From a virus, in the IMG/VR virus record IMGVR_UViG_3300009838_000018, positions 5,177 through 69,176 of that record: a stretch of DNA of 64,000 bases, one strand, 5' to 3'. Made by a program: the position numbers and the translations under genes. A model generated the notes under the pieces. It made no database searches and was not told where the DNA came from. It saw only the letters and a program-made list of their open reading frames with translations. Shown here piece after piece: positions 1 through 9,896 of this stretch (position 1 is the first letter of the stretch; every line of letters starts with the position of its first letter).

Positions 1-160
1 CCTGAAGCCACTGTACTAGGATCTACTACCAAAGTTATTGATTTGCCGAGCCTTCTTCCTGGTGTAACTTGATCTAAGAGAGCCGACAACGAAATGACTC
101 AGCCCAACTGGGGATCCCGAAGTAGCTTAGAGTCGAAACCCCTCTCTTCGGAGAGCCAAG

Positions 161-520
161 ATGTATACCAAGACGAAAAAACTCAGCATTCCTGTCAGTC
201 CCGAGATTGCCTCCTTTTCTGTGTGCCTGGAATCCTACCTTGAGGCAAGGGGGCTAGACCTACTTGAGAGTTGGGAGGGGGTGCCCATGAAGGAGATTGT
301 TCGCCAGCTTCGGGACAAGGTCCTTCAGCTTGACCTGGACAAGCTGGATCAAGCCAACCCCCATGCCCTGTTCGAGCACGTCATCTCGATGGGGTGCTAC
401 GTGATGATCCTATCCGAGCTGGTCTACCAGAAGAGTGGTGTGGACCGGAATGAACTCCAGTCGATTCCACCCTCGGTCCTCATGCTTCCGACTCCAAAGA
501 AGGAACCGATGAAGATGTGA
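161..520 (+). CDS. hypothetical protein
   Basis: 119-aa ORF with plausible composition; a C(UUCG)G hairpin (ctctc-ttcg-gagag) lies just upstream. Confidence 0.6.
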   Translation: MYTKTKKLSIPVSPEIASFSVCLESYLEARGLDLLESWEGVPMKEIVRQLRDKVLQLDLDKLDQANPHALFEHVISMGCYVMILSELVYQKSGVDRNELQSIPPSVLMLPTPKKEPMKM

Positions 521-550
521 GAACCTTCTTGTGGGTCAAACCAAGGTAGG

Positions 551-1207
551 ATGGCTACGTTGGACTCAATAGCCAGAATATACGTTCTGGTTGACCCCCT
601 CACGTCTGAGATCAGGTACGTGGGTTGGACAACCAAGCCACTACACAGGCGGCTTCGGCATCACCTAACTGAGGCTAAAAAGAGCAACAACCACAAGTCA
701 ACTTGGGTTCGATCCTTGGTTCGTAGGGGTTACGTGCCTGATATCCGTCTGGTGCAGGAAGTTCCCCTTACAGTGTGGAAAGAAGCCGAGGTATATTGGA
801 TCGCCAAGTTCAAGTCGCTCGGATGTCCTTTGGTCAATGCCACCTCTGGCGGAGAGGGGACCCCTGGACACGTTGTCAGTGACTCCGTTAGGGAGCAGAA
901 TAGCCAACTTCACAAGGGTAAAGTGATTTCAGAGTCCCATCGAGAGGCAATCTCACAATCAGCTAAGAAGAGGTGGGAGCGCTGGCGTACTGATGGGTCA
1001 AGTGCCTCTGAGGAGACCCGAGAAAAAATCAGGGCTGCTAGGACAGGGAAAAAGGCATCTGAGGAAACTAAGAAGGCCATGAGCCTGTCCGCAAGTGGTC
1101 GCTCACTCTCCGATGAACATCGAGAGAAAATCAGACAGTCTTTGCTCGGAAAAGCTAAGACCCCTGAGCATCGGGCAAAGTGTCTCACTCAATACATGGG
1201 TAAGTGA
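551..1207 (+). CDS. GIY-YIG homing endonuclease with NUMOD3-like C-terminal repeats
   Basis: IYVLVDP..EIRYVGWT (GIY-YIG variant), then S-E-E-(T/H)-R-x-K-I-(S/R) repeats; more AT-rich than its flanks. Confidence 0.88.
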   Translation: MATLDSIARIYVLVDPLTSEIRYVGWTTKPLHRRLRHHLTEAKKSNNHKSTWVRSLVRRGYVPDIRLVQEVPLTVWKEAEVYWIAKFKSLGCPLVNATSGGEGTPGHVVSDSVREQNSQLHKGKVISESHREAISQSAKKRWERWRTDGSSASEETREKIRAARTGKKASEETKKAMSLSASGRSLSDEHREKIRQSLLGKAKTPEHRAKCLTQYMGK

Positions 1208-1761
1208 TGGCGATCCTAGGTATAAAAGTCCCACATGAAGTAACAAGGGCATTCACATCCATTGAGGTCCCTGGGGAAAAGATACAGTCTGCTGAGTTCC
1301 ACATTACCCTCATCCACTTCGGCAGCAAGGTGCCGATTGACACGATCACCGAAGCGATTGTGGCGGCTTATGAGGTAGCCTCGAAGACTGTGCCCTTCTC
1401 CTTGTCCGTGAGTGAGGTGAGCTGCTTCCCCAAGGGGGAGGACGGTGTTCCCATCATCACGAGAGTTGAGAGTCCAGAGCTACACAAGCTCTGGGGTGAC
1501 CTCTGTGCGGGGCTCGACAAGGCTGGGGTGGACTACTCGAAGAAATTTCCCGAGTTCTCTCCGCACATTACTCTCTCGTATAGCACTGACCCGATTGAAC
1601 CCTTCCCACTAGGTCCAATGGAGTGGTCTGTCTATGAAATGGTTCTTTGGGGTGGAGATCAGGGAGACGAGAGAATCTCAGTACACTTGCCCTTCTCCCT
1701 CCCAGGGAAACAAGCTCTGTTCCGAAACCTTATTCAGGCTATCACTAGATTTCCACCTTGA
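1204..1761 (+). CDS. 2H phosphoesterase / 2'-5' RNA ligase family protein
   Basis: Two HxT motifs (FHITL, PHITL) about 90 aa apart. Confidence 0.85.
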   Translation: MMAILGIKVPHEVTRAFTSIEVPGEKIQSAEFHITLIHFGSKVPIDTITEAIVAAYEVASKTVPFSLSVSEVSCFPKGEDGVPIITRVESPELHKLWGDLCAGLDKAGVDYSKKFPEFSPHITLSYSTDPIEPFPLGPMEWSVYEMVLWGGDQGDERISVHLPFSLPGKQALFRNLIQAITRFPP

Positions 1762-1793
1762 CCGTACAGCCAGGGGTAGTAAGATAGAGTTAC

Positions 1794-2456
1794 ATGTGCT
1801 ACCTCTATGTTCTGGTGGACCCGACTTCGGGAGAGATCCGGTATGTAGGTTGGACTGCCAAGGCCCTTTCTACCCGGCTAGCAAGCCACCTGAGGGATCG
1901 ATGTAAGTGCCATCGAACTTGGTGGATCAAGAGCCTAGCTCGGGTTGGACTGAAGCCTCAAATCAGGCTGATTCAAGAGGTACCCGATGGTCTCCAACAT
2001 GAGGCTGAGTGCTACTGGATCTCGTACTTTCTACAAATAGGGTGTCCTCTCACGAATGGCACTAGGGGTGGGGAGGGTATGTTGGGGCACTCTCCCTCAC
2101 CAGAGACTAGGGCCAAACTCAGTGCGGCTGCCAAACGACAATTTGAAGACCCAACTGCCAGGGATGCAGTGAGTAGAGTTCATCGTGGGAAGCAAATCTC
2201 TGAGGAACACCGTGCCATCGTCAGTGCGGCCAGCAAGGCAAAGTGGGAGAGGTGGCGTCAAGAGGGAATGCAGGCATCCCCTGAAACAAGGTCGAAGATC
2301 AGTGCTGCAAGAAAGGGTACCCTGATGTCAGAGGAGTCCCGAAGCAAGATCAGCAGCACGTCTAAGGGGAGGCCAAAGTCTGAGGAACACCGTGCCAAGA
2401 TTCGAGAGGGACTCAAACAGGCTTGGGCACGTAAGCGGGAAGAGGGTCCCCCTTGA
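1794..2456 (+). CDS. GIY-YIG homing endonuclease with NUMOD3-like repeats
   Basis: LYVLVDP..EIRYVGWT, LTNGTRGGEG, SPETRAKLS/SEEHRAKI repeats; paralog of 551..1207. Confidence 0.88.
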   Translation: MCYLYVLVDPTSGEIRYVGWTAKALSTRLASHLRDRCKCHRTWWIKSLARVGLKPQIRLIQEVPDGLQHEAECYWISYFLQIGCPLTNGTRGGEGMLGHSPSPETRAKLSAAAKRQFEDPTARDAVSRVHRGKQISEEHRAIVSAASKAKWERWRQEGMQASPETRSKISAARKGTLMSEESRSKISSTSKGRPKSEEHRAKIREGLKQAWARKREEGPP

Positions 2457-2460
2457 GGCT

Positions 2461-2946
2461 CTACGCCGTACCCTGGTCCAGGCTCGGGTCAGGTTCCCGG
2501 ACTTCTCCTGAGGCCACTGGGACGGGTCCAGCTTGCTTCTCGTACTCTGCTAGACGGACCACGGCCACGGCCGGGTCAGCGAGGCGATAGACGGCTGGGT
2601 ACCCCTCTCCAAGAAGGACCCCCAGCTCCACCAGCTTCTTGCAGGTGCTCCGGATGCTCGACTGGGAGCAGTCCACGGTACCCTCAAGTTGCTTGACCGT
2701 CCGAGTCTCGGTCGGGTTGTTCAGCATGTCCCGAAGGATTCCCACAGAAGCATGGTAGAAGGTCTTGTGGAGGGTCGGGTCGTAGCTCGACCTGTCCCGA
2801 GGCTTCTGCTTCCGAGGGGGCTCAGCAGGGAACGCTTCCTCTTTCGTGGGCTCCTTGACCCCCTCAGGGAAGTCCGACAGAAGAATGTCGGCAATCCTAC
2901 GAAGACCTACTCCGATGACGTGGCGAAGGGTGGTTTGGATTTGCAT
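2461..2946 (-). CDS. putative winged-helix DNA-binding protein
   Basis: TVKQLEGTVDCSQSSIRSTCKKLVELGVL..YRL wHTH-like pattern; start moved to ATG 2946 (GGTGTA 12 nt upstream). Confidence 0.55.
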   Translation of the reverse strand: MQIQTTLRHVIGVGLRRIADILLSDFPEGVKEPTKEEAFPAEPPRKQKPRDRSSYDPTLHKTFYHASVGILRDMLNNPTETRTVKQLEGTVDCSQSSIRSTCKKLVELGVLLGEGYPAVYRLADPAVAVVRLAEYEKQAGPVPVASGEVREPDPSLDQGTA

Positions 2947-2975
2947 GGCTATCAGAATTACACCACGTAAGGGCG

Positions 2976-3902
2976 TCATTCGTCACCTTCCTCTTCGGTG
3001 GTGCGTTCCAGGCGTGTTTTCGGTGGCGCCTTGGGGGCTCTTGTAGCCGGAACGATGATCCTCGCCTCTTGTGGAGGGGCATCTCCCAGGGAAATTCCCT
3101 CTTGCCTTGTACTGGCAGCCTGAATCTGAGCTTGCCTCTGCTGGCGTCGGGCCTCAGCCTCAGCAGATGCGTTCGGGTTCCTGCCCGTGTTCGAGACGCT
3201 GGTTCGACCTGAGACCGCTGGGGAGGCAAAGGGCCTCGGGCCAGGGGTGGTGGAGGGGCGTGGGTCCTCCTGAGCCTCTTGAAGATCAAAGTTTGCCAGG
3301 CGCTCTTGGCGGCGACGCTCGATCTCGGACCCAGAAACCCCAGCGTACCCCTGGTGGGTCCGGCGGTAGGCGTTGATCACCACCTCATCAGGGACCCGCA
3401 TGTTGTCGATTCCAGGGGGTCCACTTGTGTACTCGTCCCCACGCCCGGCACCATAGTTGCGGTTGATGGCAGGGATGGGGGCATTCGGGTTGAAAGTTGG
3501 GTTAGCGATGTCCCACTCTTGACCCCCGGCCGAGATACGGATGATGCCTCCACCAATGATGGGAAAGATCATCGTCATGTCCAAAGTTCGGGTACCGTAG
3601 CTTGCAGCCGCTACCCGGAAGGAACTTCGAGCCACGATGTTGAACCCAGCGGTAGCGCCACGCCTTCCTAGGGAATCGTGAAGCCTATCAAAGGGTAGGA
3701 CATATTCGTTCACCCTCATACCCTGAAGAATATCGAGCTGGCGGGTTGGTTGAATCTCTTCAGTCACCCGGCGACTACTATCCAGGTAGTGAACTGCAAG
3801 GTCCCCAGGGCATCCGTCATAGGCCAGGCAGTAGACCACCATGTTTTCCGGAAACTCTTGCGCATTCAGGATGAGTCTTGGGTTGTCCAAACGGAAAAGC
3901 AT
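2976..3902 (-). CDS. hypothetical protein with C-terminal TRLER tag
   Basis: About 308 aa; low-complexity C-terminal half ending PPKTRLERTTEEEGDE. Confidence 0.7.
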   Translation of the reverse strand: MLFRLDNPRLILNAQEFPENMVVYCLAYDGCPGDLAVHYLDSSRRVTEEIQPTRQLDILQGMRVNEYVLPFDRLHDSLGRRGATAGFNIVARSSFRVAAASYGTRTLDMTMIFPIIGGGIIRISAGGQEWDIANPTFNPNAPIPAINRNYGAGRGDEYTSGPPGIDNMRVPDEVVINAYRRTHQGYAGVSGSEIERRRQERLANFDLQEAQEDPRPSTTPGPRPFASPAVSGRTSVSNTGRNPNASAEAEARRQQRQAQIQAASTRQEGISLGDAPPQEARIIVPATRAPKAPPKTRLERTTEEEGDE

Positions 3903-3906
3903 CGCA

Positions 3907-4305
3907 TCAAATCCCTTCAAGGATGGTCTTCTTGAGCCCATCCCTTCGTTCTAGCTCTCGGTCTATGGCTTTGACCGCTCTCTCCCAGTCCTCGACCCGC
4001 ATGAGGCGGCACGAGAAGAAAGTGGGGTACCCGTTGACTCCCCTAGGGCCAGCAGCCGAGTAGTATTCCCAGATCACCCCTATCTTCCCTAGGGTTCTCT
4101 CACTGAAGTCTGAGAGTGCCCCCAGGGCAATGGGCATGAAGATCATGGGCAGTAGGTTGAGCTGCCTCACGTTCGCAGACGTTAGGATCTTCCCATCGCA
4201 GTAGGCCAGGACGAAATCCGCTAGAGCTGCATCAGTCAGCCTAGGGATTGCGGGTTCCTGGATGTCACTCCAGGACTCCTCGACCTCTTCTTGGGTGGCG
4301 GTCAT
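3907..4305 (-). CDS. hypothetical protein
   Basis: ORF from ATG 4305; GGTGTC variant 10 nt upstream. Confidence 0.65.
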   Translation of the reverse strand: MTATQEEVEESWSDIQEPAIPRLTDAALADFVLAYCDGKILTSANVRQLNLLPMIFMPIALGALSDFSERTLGKIGVIWEYYSAAGPRGVNGYPTFFSCRLMRVEDWERAVKAIDRELERRDGLKKTILEGI

Positions 4306-4340
4306 GCTTCTTTCAGACACCGATCTTGAAGGAGGCCACC

Positions 4341-4619
4341 ATGAGAAGGCTCGTTCGACTGTGCAATGCAATCCGTGCCATCTCTCCCTATGGGGGCCTG
4401 AGTTTGACTGGGCTCCCGTCTGAGGATGGATCTGCGGATCTGTGGGACGGTAAGATTACAGTGGGTGGTGTGATTCTCGTTGAGACCAAGGGAGAACTGG
4501 AGGCTGTACTTGATGAGCTGACTCACAAACTTGAGAAGATGTCCCAAAGAATGCTCGCTAGGCTCACCTCTGTCCCGCCGCCTCCAGGGGAAGAACCCCC
4601 ACCTAGCTCTCAACAGTGA
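4341..4619 (+). CDS. hypothetical protein
   Basis: GGAGG Shine-Dalgarno before ATG 4341. Confidence 0.6.
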   Translation: MRRLVRLCNAIRAISPYGGLSLTGLPSEDGSADLWDGKITVGGVILVETKGELEAVLDELTHKLEKMSQRMLARLTSVPPPPGEEPPPSSQQ

Positions 4620-4620
4620 G

Positions 4621-5370
4621 CTAGAGGCTCCGTAAGATTTCATCAAGGTCCAACTCGCCTTCTTGGGGCTTCCTCGGGGGCTCCGGCTTGAAGTTCTTTT
4701 GCAACACCTCATCCAACTCGGCCAGGGTTGCCCGCTTCTTGGGCACTGGGGGGAGGGGCTTGGGCTTCTCCTCCTCCGAGTCCCCAAGGATGCGCTCGAA
4801 CCGAGTCTTGGCCTTGGGCGTGCTGATCTCTCCAATCGGACGGCCCCCACGACCACGCTTCCGACCCCCACCAAGGACGGGTCCCGAAGCCTGTAGCCTC
4901 TTTCTACTGAAAACGTCAGAGAGCTGACTCGGGCGGTAGAGGGTCCCAGAGGAGGAGAACCGGACCTCAGTTATGAGGGCTGCCCCATAGACTGGACCAA
5001 AGTCCCTTGGGTCCCCCCCGCCCAGGATTGCAGGGTACATGTGGGACCAGTTCTCGAAGATTCTGAGCGTGAAGTCACTCGCTACACAGAAGAACAGGCT
5101 TACTCTATGTGGGGATAGCCTCTCGGTCACCTGATAGAAGTGGTCAGCCTCAAGTGCGACTTCCTCCTCGTCTAGGGCATCCGAGGCATCCGCCTCACCC
5201 CCATAGATAGGGGTCATCTCGGCATCAACCTGTTGGGTTGACCCGAGGATGATAGCTTCCTCCACCTGAAAGAGGTGCCCAAACCCAATCACAAGACATT
5301 GACGGTTATGCCTTGGGGTCTCTTCGAGTTGGATTTCCCCCCTTTGGGAGAACGTGATGCGGGTGCCCAT
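4621..5370 (-). CDS. hypothetical protein with TRFERIL motif near the C-terminus
   Basis: 249-aa ORF; KTRFERILGDSEEE at about 4786-4806. Confidence 0.7.
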   Translation of the reverse strand: MGTRITFSQRGEIQLEETPRHNRQCLVIGFGHLFQVEEAIILGSTQQVDAEMTPIYGGEADASDALDEEEVALEADHFYQVTERLSPHRVSLFFCVASDFTLRIFENWSHMYPAILGGGDPRDFGPVYGAALITEVRFSSSGTLYRPSQLSDVFSRKRLQASGPVLGGGRKRGRGGRPIGEISTPKAKTRFERILGDSEEEKPKPLPPVPKKRATLAELDEVLQKNFKPEPPRKPQEGELDLDEILRSL

Positions 5371-5375
5371 GTTGA

Positions 5376-5663
5376 CTAGCTTCCTGGTGGCTTGAGGGGC
5401 TTGTCCTTCTCCCAGGGGAACACAACCGGAGGGGCCTTCTGGACCTTCACCTTGGGGGGCGGAGTGTCCTTGAAGGCCCGGTCGAGCTGTAGATGGTAGT
5501 ATTTCTGTTCAGCCCACTGCCTCTGTGACTTCGAGAGGTTGATGATCCGACCATTCTCCAGGTCGGTGAGCATCCCCTTGAACGCCTTCTCCTCGCTGGA
5601 AGACAACCGAGCCTTCACAGCGAGGAGAGACCTCAGGATGGTGAGGTCAGTTGGCTTGCTCAC
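5376..5663 (-). CDS. hypothetical protein
   Basis: 95 aa; start overlaps the stop of the upstream AAA gene. Confidence 0.65.
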   Translation of the reverse strand: MSKPTDLTILRSLLAVKARLSSSEEKAFKGMLTDLENGRIINLSKSQRQWAEQKYYHLQLDRAFKDTPPPKVKVQKAPPVVFPWEKDKPLKPPGS

Positions 5664-6880
5664 GAGTCATCACCCTCATCGTCGTCATCATCATCGTCGT
5701 CCTCGTCATCCCAGTCCTCATCATCATCCTCATCCTCGTTCTCGTCTTCGTCAGTCTCGTCCTCGGAGTCAGCAATCTCCTCGGCCTTGGCGAAGCGGTA
5801 GACCTCAGCAAGGGACTGGGGACCCTCGAACGTGACTTCGGTACCCATGAGGCGGTTGTAGACCTCGGCAGCCTTCTCAGCACTCAGGAGGCCAACGTGA
5901 ATCTGGCGAGACAGACGGCCAGGTCGCTTCAGGGCTGAGTCGATCTCATCGATCTTGGCGTTCGTGGTACAGACGATCCGGAGGTTCAGGGTGTGCCCCA
6001 GAATGCCGTCCGACACGTTCAGGAGAGCCGAGATGGCCGTCAGAGAGCCTTCTTGGTCTCCCCTGGGTACCAGGGCCTTGTCGGCATCCTCGATGACCAG
6101 GACGATGGGCTTGTCACTCCCAGCAAGGCTCCGGGCTCGGATGAGCATCGGAACCAGCTCGGGACCGGCTAGGTCCTCAACCATGTGGCTCGGGACCAGG
6201 ACGAAGATGGCATCCAGAACTTCGTGGATGAGGCCACGGATGAAGAAGGTCTTCCCCGTCCCAGGGTCACCGTCGATGAGAAGGAGTCGTCCGATGGGCT
6301 CTTCCCGCTGGAGTTCGGCAACAGCAAACTTGAAGTCCTCGATGACCTCCTCGTTGTAGTTGTCCTCCTCCCAGTCTTGCCCAGCCAGGCCGACCTCAGC
6401 GATCTCGATCCCGTTGGCTCCGTCCGCCAGGGAGTAGACCGGTTGACGGACGTTCTCCGGGAGCAGGTACTCACCAAGAGTCTCACCGATGGCCTTGTGG
6501 TCCACCTCGCTGGTGGTCGAGACCGCAACCGAAATCTTGTTGTCGGTACCCACCCGGACCACAATCGATCCGTTCGCCCAGACCAGCCACGTCTCGTGAG
6601 GCCCCCGACCGAAGATCGGACCACTGGCGAAGGTGGCCGAAGCCCGTACCTTGTCACACAGGGCCTTGAGGAACGCCTCGATGGCCCCTTCTTCTCCCTG
6701 ATCTTCCAGGATTCCACGACACGTTCCCGTGTAGACCGTGGCCCCGGTAGAGATGGCGTGGGTGACGAGCATACGGGTGGTAGGCCCATATTCGTCGAGG
6801 TTTCCGCACAGGGCAGGGTTCCACCAGGCGGGTTTTTCGGTTGCTGCTGGCTTTGAAGCTGTCTTCGTAGGTTTTGTCAT
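5660..6880 (-). CDS. AAA+ ATPase with poly-acidic C-terminal tail
   Basis: Walker A GDPGTGKT, Walker B LVIEDAD, SRH TTN..IDSALKRPGRL; about 30 D/E residues at the C-terminus. Confidence 0.88.
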   Translation of the reverse strand: MTKPTKTASKPAATEKPAWWNPALCGNLDEYGPTTRMLVTHAISTGATVYTGTCRGILEDQGEEGAIEAFLKALCDKVRASATFASGPIFGRGPHETWLVWANGSIVVRVGTDNKISVAVSTTSEVDHKAIGETLGEYLLPENVRQPVYSLADGANGIEIAEVGLAGQDWEEDNYNEEVIEDFKFAVAELQREEPIGRLLLIDGDPGTGKTFFIRGLIHEVLDAIFVLVPSHMVEDLAGPELVPMLIRARSLAGSDKPIVLVIEDADKALVPRGDQEGSLTAISALLNVSDGILGHTLNLRIVCTTNAKIDEIDSALKRPGRLSRQIHVGLLSAEKAAEVYNRLMGTEVTFEGPQSLAEVYRFAKAEEIADSEDETDEDENEDEDDDEDWDDEDDDDDDDDEGDDS

Positions 6881-6922
6881 GGCGTTCGCTTGAGATACAC
6901 CGGCTTGCATTGAGAACGGAGT

Positions 6923-8437
6923 TCAGATGTCGAAATCTCTCTCGAACCTCGAAAGAGGGATGAGGTTCCCCTCCTCTTCGGACCCATCTGCTGCGAAGGA
7001 CCACATGTGTTTCTTCGCACAGTGGTAGGCACGGATCTTGATCTGGCTCCGTTCCTCAACTGGTTTGTTTCGACCCCCGTACTCACCACAGTACGGGCAC
7101 TTGAGTTCTGCCATGGGTACCCCATCTTTCCCCAGGGGCTCGAAGTCCCGCTCCAAGGTCGCATACGGGGCGTCCTCCCAGTTGCTACTGATCTTGACCT
7201 CGGGCTCGAAACGTTCTACCCGTTGAAGCCGGACCATTCGTTGAACGTCATCGAGCTTGGTGACCCAGAGGGTCCTTCTGGGCCGTCGAAGGGTTCGGAT
7301 GAAGGCACCAGGGGCGACCCAGTTGGGGACATAGGCCCCGCTAGACCTGGGGACAATGGGAGTCAGTTCTGGACGATGGGGTCGAACCTCCAAGAGGGAC
7401 CCAGCAGGGCGCCAGTTCTGTTCCAGGTTGGTCATTGCAAAGCGAACGGGCCTGACCTCACCCTCCAAGGTCAAGGTCATGGCCCCGGTTAGAGGGTCAA
7501 GGCCCAACACTTGGTAGCTTTGGTTGTCTCTTCGCTGAACGATGTGAGATCCCACTGACAGCCAAGGTGGTGTTGGAGTCTCCAGTGGGCGGTACCAGGA
7601 CGCCACCTGTTGAATGTTGAAGGCTCGAACCCTGCCCCCAAGCTGAATAGGGCTCGTATCCGACCGTTCGATGTCACGAATGTGAACCTGCCCGTTGGAG
7701 ACCCCTGTGATGATCCCTCCTTGGTCACCTATGGTCGAAGCCAACCTGGCTCCGGGTCGCATCCAGCTTGGTGGTTCGGCCCTGACCTGCCTCAAGGTCA
7801 CGAAGTAGTGAGGGGTCAACCCAGTAGAGGTGGGGAGAACTCCGAACCGAGTTGGGGTCTCCGTCCTGGTCCGGTCGAGGGAGGTGGTGACTGATTCCAC
7901 TCGGAACTCTACCGTCTCTCCGTTCTCCTCCACTAGCATCCCATTGCGAAGAACTTCGACCCTCTGACCGGTCATCACCTGGAAGGGCATCGGGACGTTG
8001 TTGATCTCGATGATCGGACCCGTGGGGTGAGCCACCTGATGTTCGGTCACGCCGTCCATGGGTAGGGACACCCGAACCATCTCTGGCGGGTTCGGGGGGA
8101 AGGGGTCTTCCCCTACCGCAATGTCCCTTCTGGGGGGCATCGTTCCGACATACTCGGGGGGCCAGGAGACGTAAACGTTGCCTTGCCCAAAGCCGAACTG
8201 GTCCTCCCCAACAATGGTGAAGTCGTTACGCCTGATCTCTGGAAGCGAAATCCAGTCCCTCTCAAAGTTGAGCAAGGGGATCGAAACCACCTGGTCGTTG
8301 TTCACCCGGAGGTGTACCTCATCTGAGCCTATGAAGACCACATAGGCACGGGAGGCAGCCGCAACCTCCGTAGCACTTGGGTCACGGGGGCGGAGGTACA
8401 GTATCTCACCTATCTGAAGCCAGTTTGGAGCGGGCAC
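6923..8437 (-). CDS. multi-repeat protein (four PxW-x-x-G modules, zinc ribbon) with C-terminal SRFER tag
   Basis: APNWLQIG, PPSWMRPG, PPWLSVG, VPNWVAPG repeats; CPYC..YHC; ends SRFERDFDI. Confidence 0.8.
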   Translation of the reverse strand: MPAPNWLQIGEILYLRPRDPSATEVAAASRAYVVFIGSDEVHLRVNNDQVVSIPLLNFERDWISLPEIRRNDFTIVGEDQFGFGQGNVYVSWPPEYVGTMPPRRDIAVGEDPFPPNPPEMVRVSLPMDGVTEHQVAHPTGPIIEINNVPMPFQVMTGQRVEVLRNGMLVEENGETVEFRVESVTTSLDRTRTETPTRFGVLPTSTGLTPHYFVTLRQVRAEPPSWMRPGARLASTIGDQGGIITGVSNGQVHIRDIERSDTSPIQLGGRVRAFNIQQVASWYRPLETPTPPWLSVGSHIVQRRDNQSYQVLGLDPLTGAMTLTLEGEVRPVRFAMTNLEQNWRPAGSLLEVRPHRPELTPIVPRSSGAYVPNWVAPGAFIRTLRRPRRTLWVTKLDDVQRMVRLQRVERFEPEVKISSNWEDAPYATLERDFEPLGKDGVPMAELKCPYCGEYGGRNKPVEERSQIKIRAYHCAKKHMWSFAADGSEEEGNLIPLSRFERDFDI

Positions 8438-8508
8438 AGTCTCACCTACACCAAAAATGTTGAAAGCTCACCGTGACCTAGCTATGGTTCGGTGTTTAGG
8501 TAGCCTGG

Positions 8509-8886
8509 ATGGACGTACAGGTACTTTCCTTTCAGAAGCCGAAGCAGTTCATTCGGGGGTTCCCCCTCGAAAAGCGAAGGCACTTCAAGGTGATAGAGCT
8601 TCCGGTAGGCTCTCAGATCCTATCAGCGGAAGATCAGTCCCACGAAGGAACCTTGATGCTCTGGGTCATGCTCCCTGCTACCAAGGACTTGCCCCTGGAG
8701 CGAAGAACCCTCCTGGTTACCTACGAGGGGGAGGAGTTCGAGATTTCGGAGGAAGAGATCCCCGGCATAAACTCTGTGATTCCGAACGTCTACCACATCG
8801 GGATGTGGGTGGACCGGACCATGGACGATGGGGACCTCGTCTCGGTCACCGGTCATGTCCTAGAAGTCCTTGGGGATGAAGACTGA
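8509..8886 (+). CDS. hypothetical protein
   Basis: 125-aa ORF of a small phage-type protein (LPVGSQILS..LMLWVML..GHVLE). Confidence 0.7.
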   Translation: MDVQVLSFQKPKQFIRGFPLEKRRHFKVIELPVGSQILSAEDQSHEGTLMLWVMLPATKDLPLERRTLLVTYEGEEFEISEEEIPGINSVIPNVYHIGMWVDRTMDDGDLVSVTGHVLEVLGDED

Positions 8887-8914
8887 CCCCGCCATCTCGG
8901 TGTAATTCTGTTTG

Positions 8915-9442
8915 ATGAGCGACTCTTCCCGAAGCCGATTCGACCGCACCCTCGACATCGACGATCCATCAGAAGTAGCAGTGTCTCGGTTTGAGCACAT
9001 CAACCGGGAAGCTGGCCTGGTGGATGCCAAGGTTCTGGCTGGAGCGACTCTTGAAGCTAGAACCGAGGAAAAACGTATCTGGATTGGGCTTCGTCCGGAC
9101 AACCTCTGTGGACGGTACCCGTGTTTCCAGACGGGGTTGATGTCCCTCGGGGAGGCCCTTGAGGGGGACCCGCTGGAAGAGGTTGAGGGGTCGTGCCCTG
9201 GGGCAGATCCTATCGACCAGGCCCTTCTTGCTGGAGCCACCCTTACCGTGGAGCGGCTGGGTGATGCTCTCATCGCCACCTGGGTGCGTTCCCTGCCTCT
9301 CAGGACCTTTCAGTACGAGGGCAAGGAGCACAGGGTCTACCGGAAGGGGACCCGCAAGGCGAAGGGCCTGAGGGTCCTTGAGGCGGCCTTGGCGGCCTTG
9401 GCGGCAGAGGAGAAGGTCTCCGAAGGGTCGATGCTCAGCTAG
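8915..9442 (+). CDS. hypothetical protein with N-terminal SRFDR motif
   Basis: MSDSSRSRFDRTLDIDD; GGTGTA 10 nt upstream. Confidence 0.7.
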   Translation: MSDSSRSRFDRTLDIDDPSEVAVSRFEHINREAGLVDAKVLAGATLEARTEEKRIWIGLRPDNLCGRYPCFQTGLMSLGEALEGDPLEEVEGSCPGADPIDQALLAGATLTVERLGDALIATWVRSLPLRTFQYEGKEHRVYRKGTRKAKGLRVLEAALAALAAEEKVSEGSMLS

Positions 9443-9884
9443 GTAGGTTGATCAGCAAGGTGTGAATCGAGGTCTGAAGGTCGAAGTCCAGGGCATTCTC
9501 TCGAACGAACAGCTCTGAAACCCCAGAGACCACGAAGATAGCCCAGTCCTTCACCCTCGGACGCATCACATAGATCGGGCGTATCCAGTTCGGTATGGTC
9601 CGGTCTGGTGCTTCTCCAATGACCCGACACCCAACCCTACACGGGTCGTAGCGCCAGATGTCATCCTTGGATACCACCATCTTGAGAATCTGGTCCCGCA
9701 TCTTCGGGGGGAGCACTCCAAGCCTGGCAAAGGGCTCCATCTCCCCGGATTGGAAGGAGAAATAGGCGTAGTGACCACCCTCTTCCTCCTCCGATATGAT
9801 GTAACCTTCAAGATCGAGCACCCGAGTCAGTGGGTAGGACCCGGACTGACCTCTTTGGCTGATCGGAGCTGGTTCCAGTAGCAT
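9435..9884 (-). CDS. hypothetical protein
   Basis: 149 aa; GGAGGT RBS upstream. Confidence 0.65.
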   Translation of the reverse strand: MLLEPAPISQRGQSGSYPLTRVLDLEGYIISEEEEGGHYAYFSFQSGEMEPFARLGVLPPKMRDQILKMVVSKDDIWRYDPCRVGCRVIGEAPDRTIPNWIRPIYVMRPRVKDWAIFVVSGVSELFVRENALDFDLQTSIHTLLINLPS

Positions 9885-9896
9885 AGTTACCTCCCC

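Noticed and set aside
1740-2456. Displaced 3' end of the 2H gene after the second endonuclease (both end in PP*)
   Set aside because: Only two codons and the stop match, too short to separate from chance, unlike the 29-codon case at 24128
5672-5765. Triplet-like TCA/TCG/TCC repeats
   Set aside because: Simply encode the poly-Asp/Glu tail of the AAA ATPase
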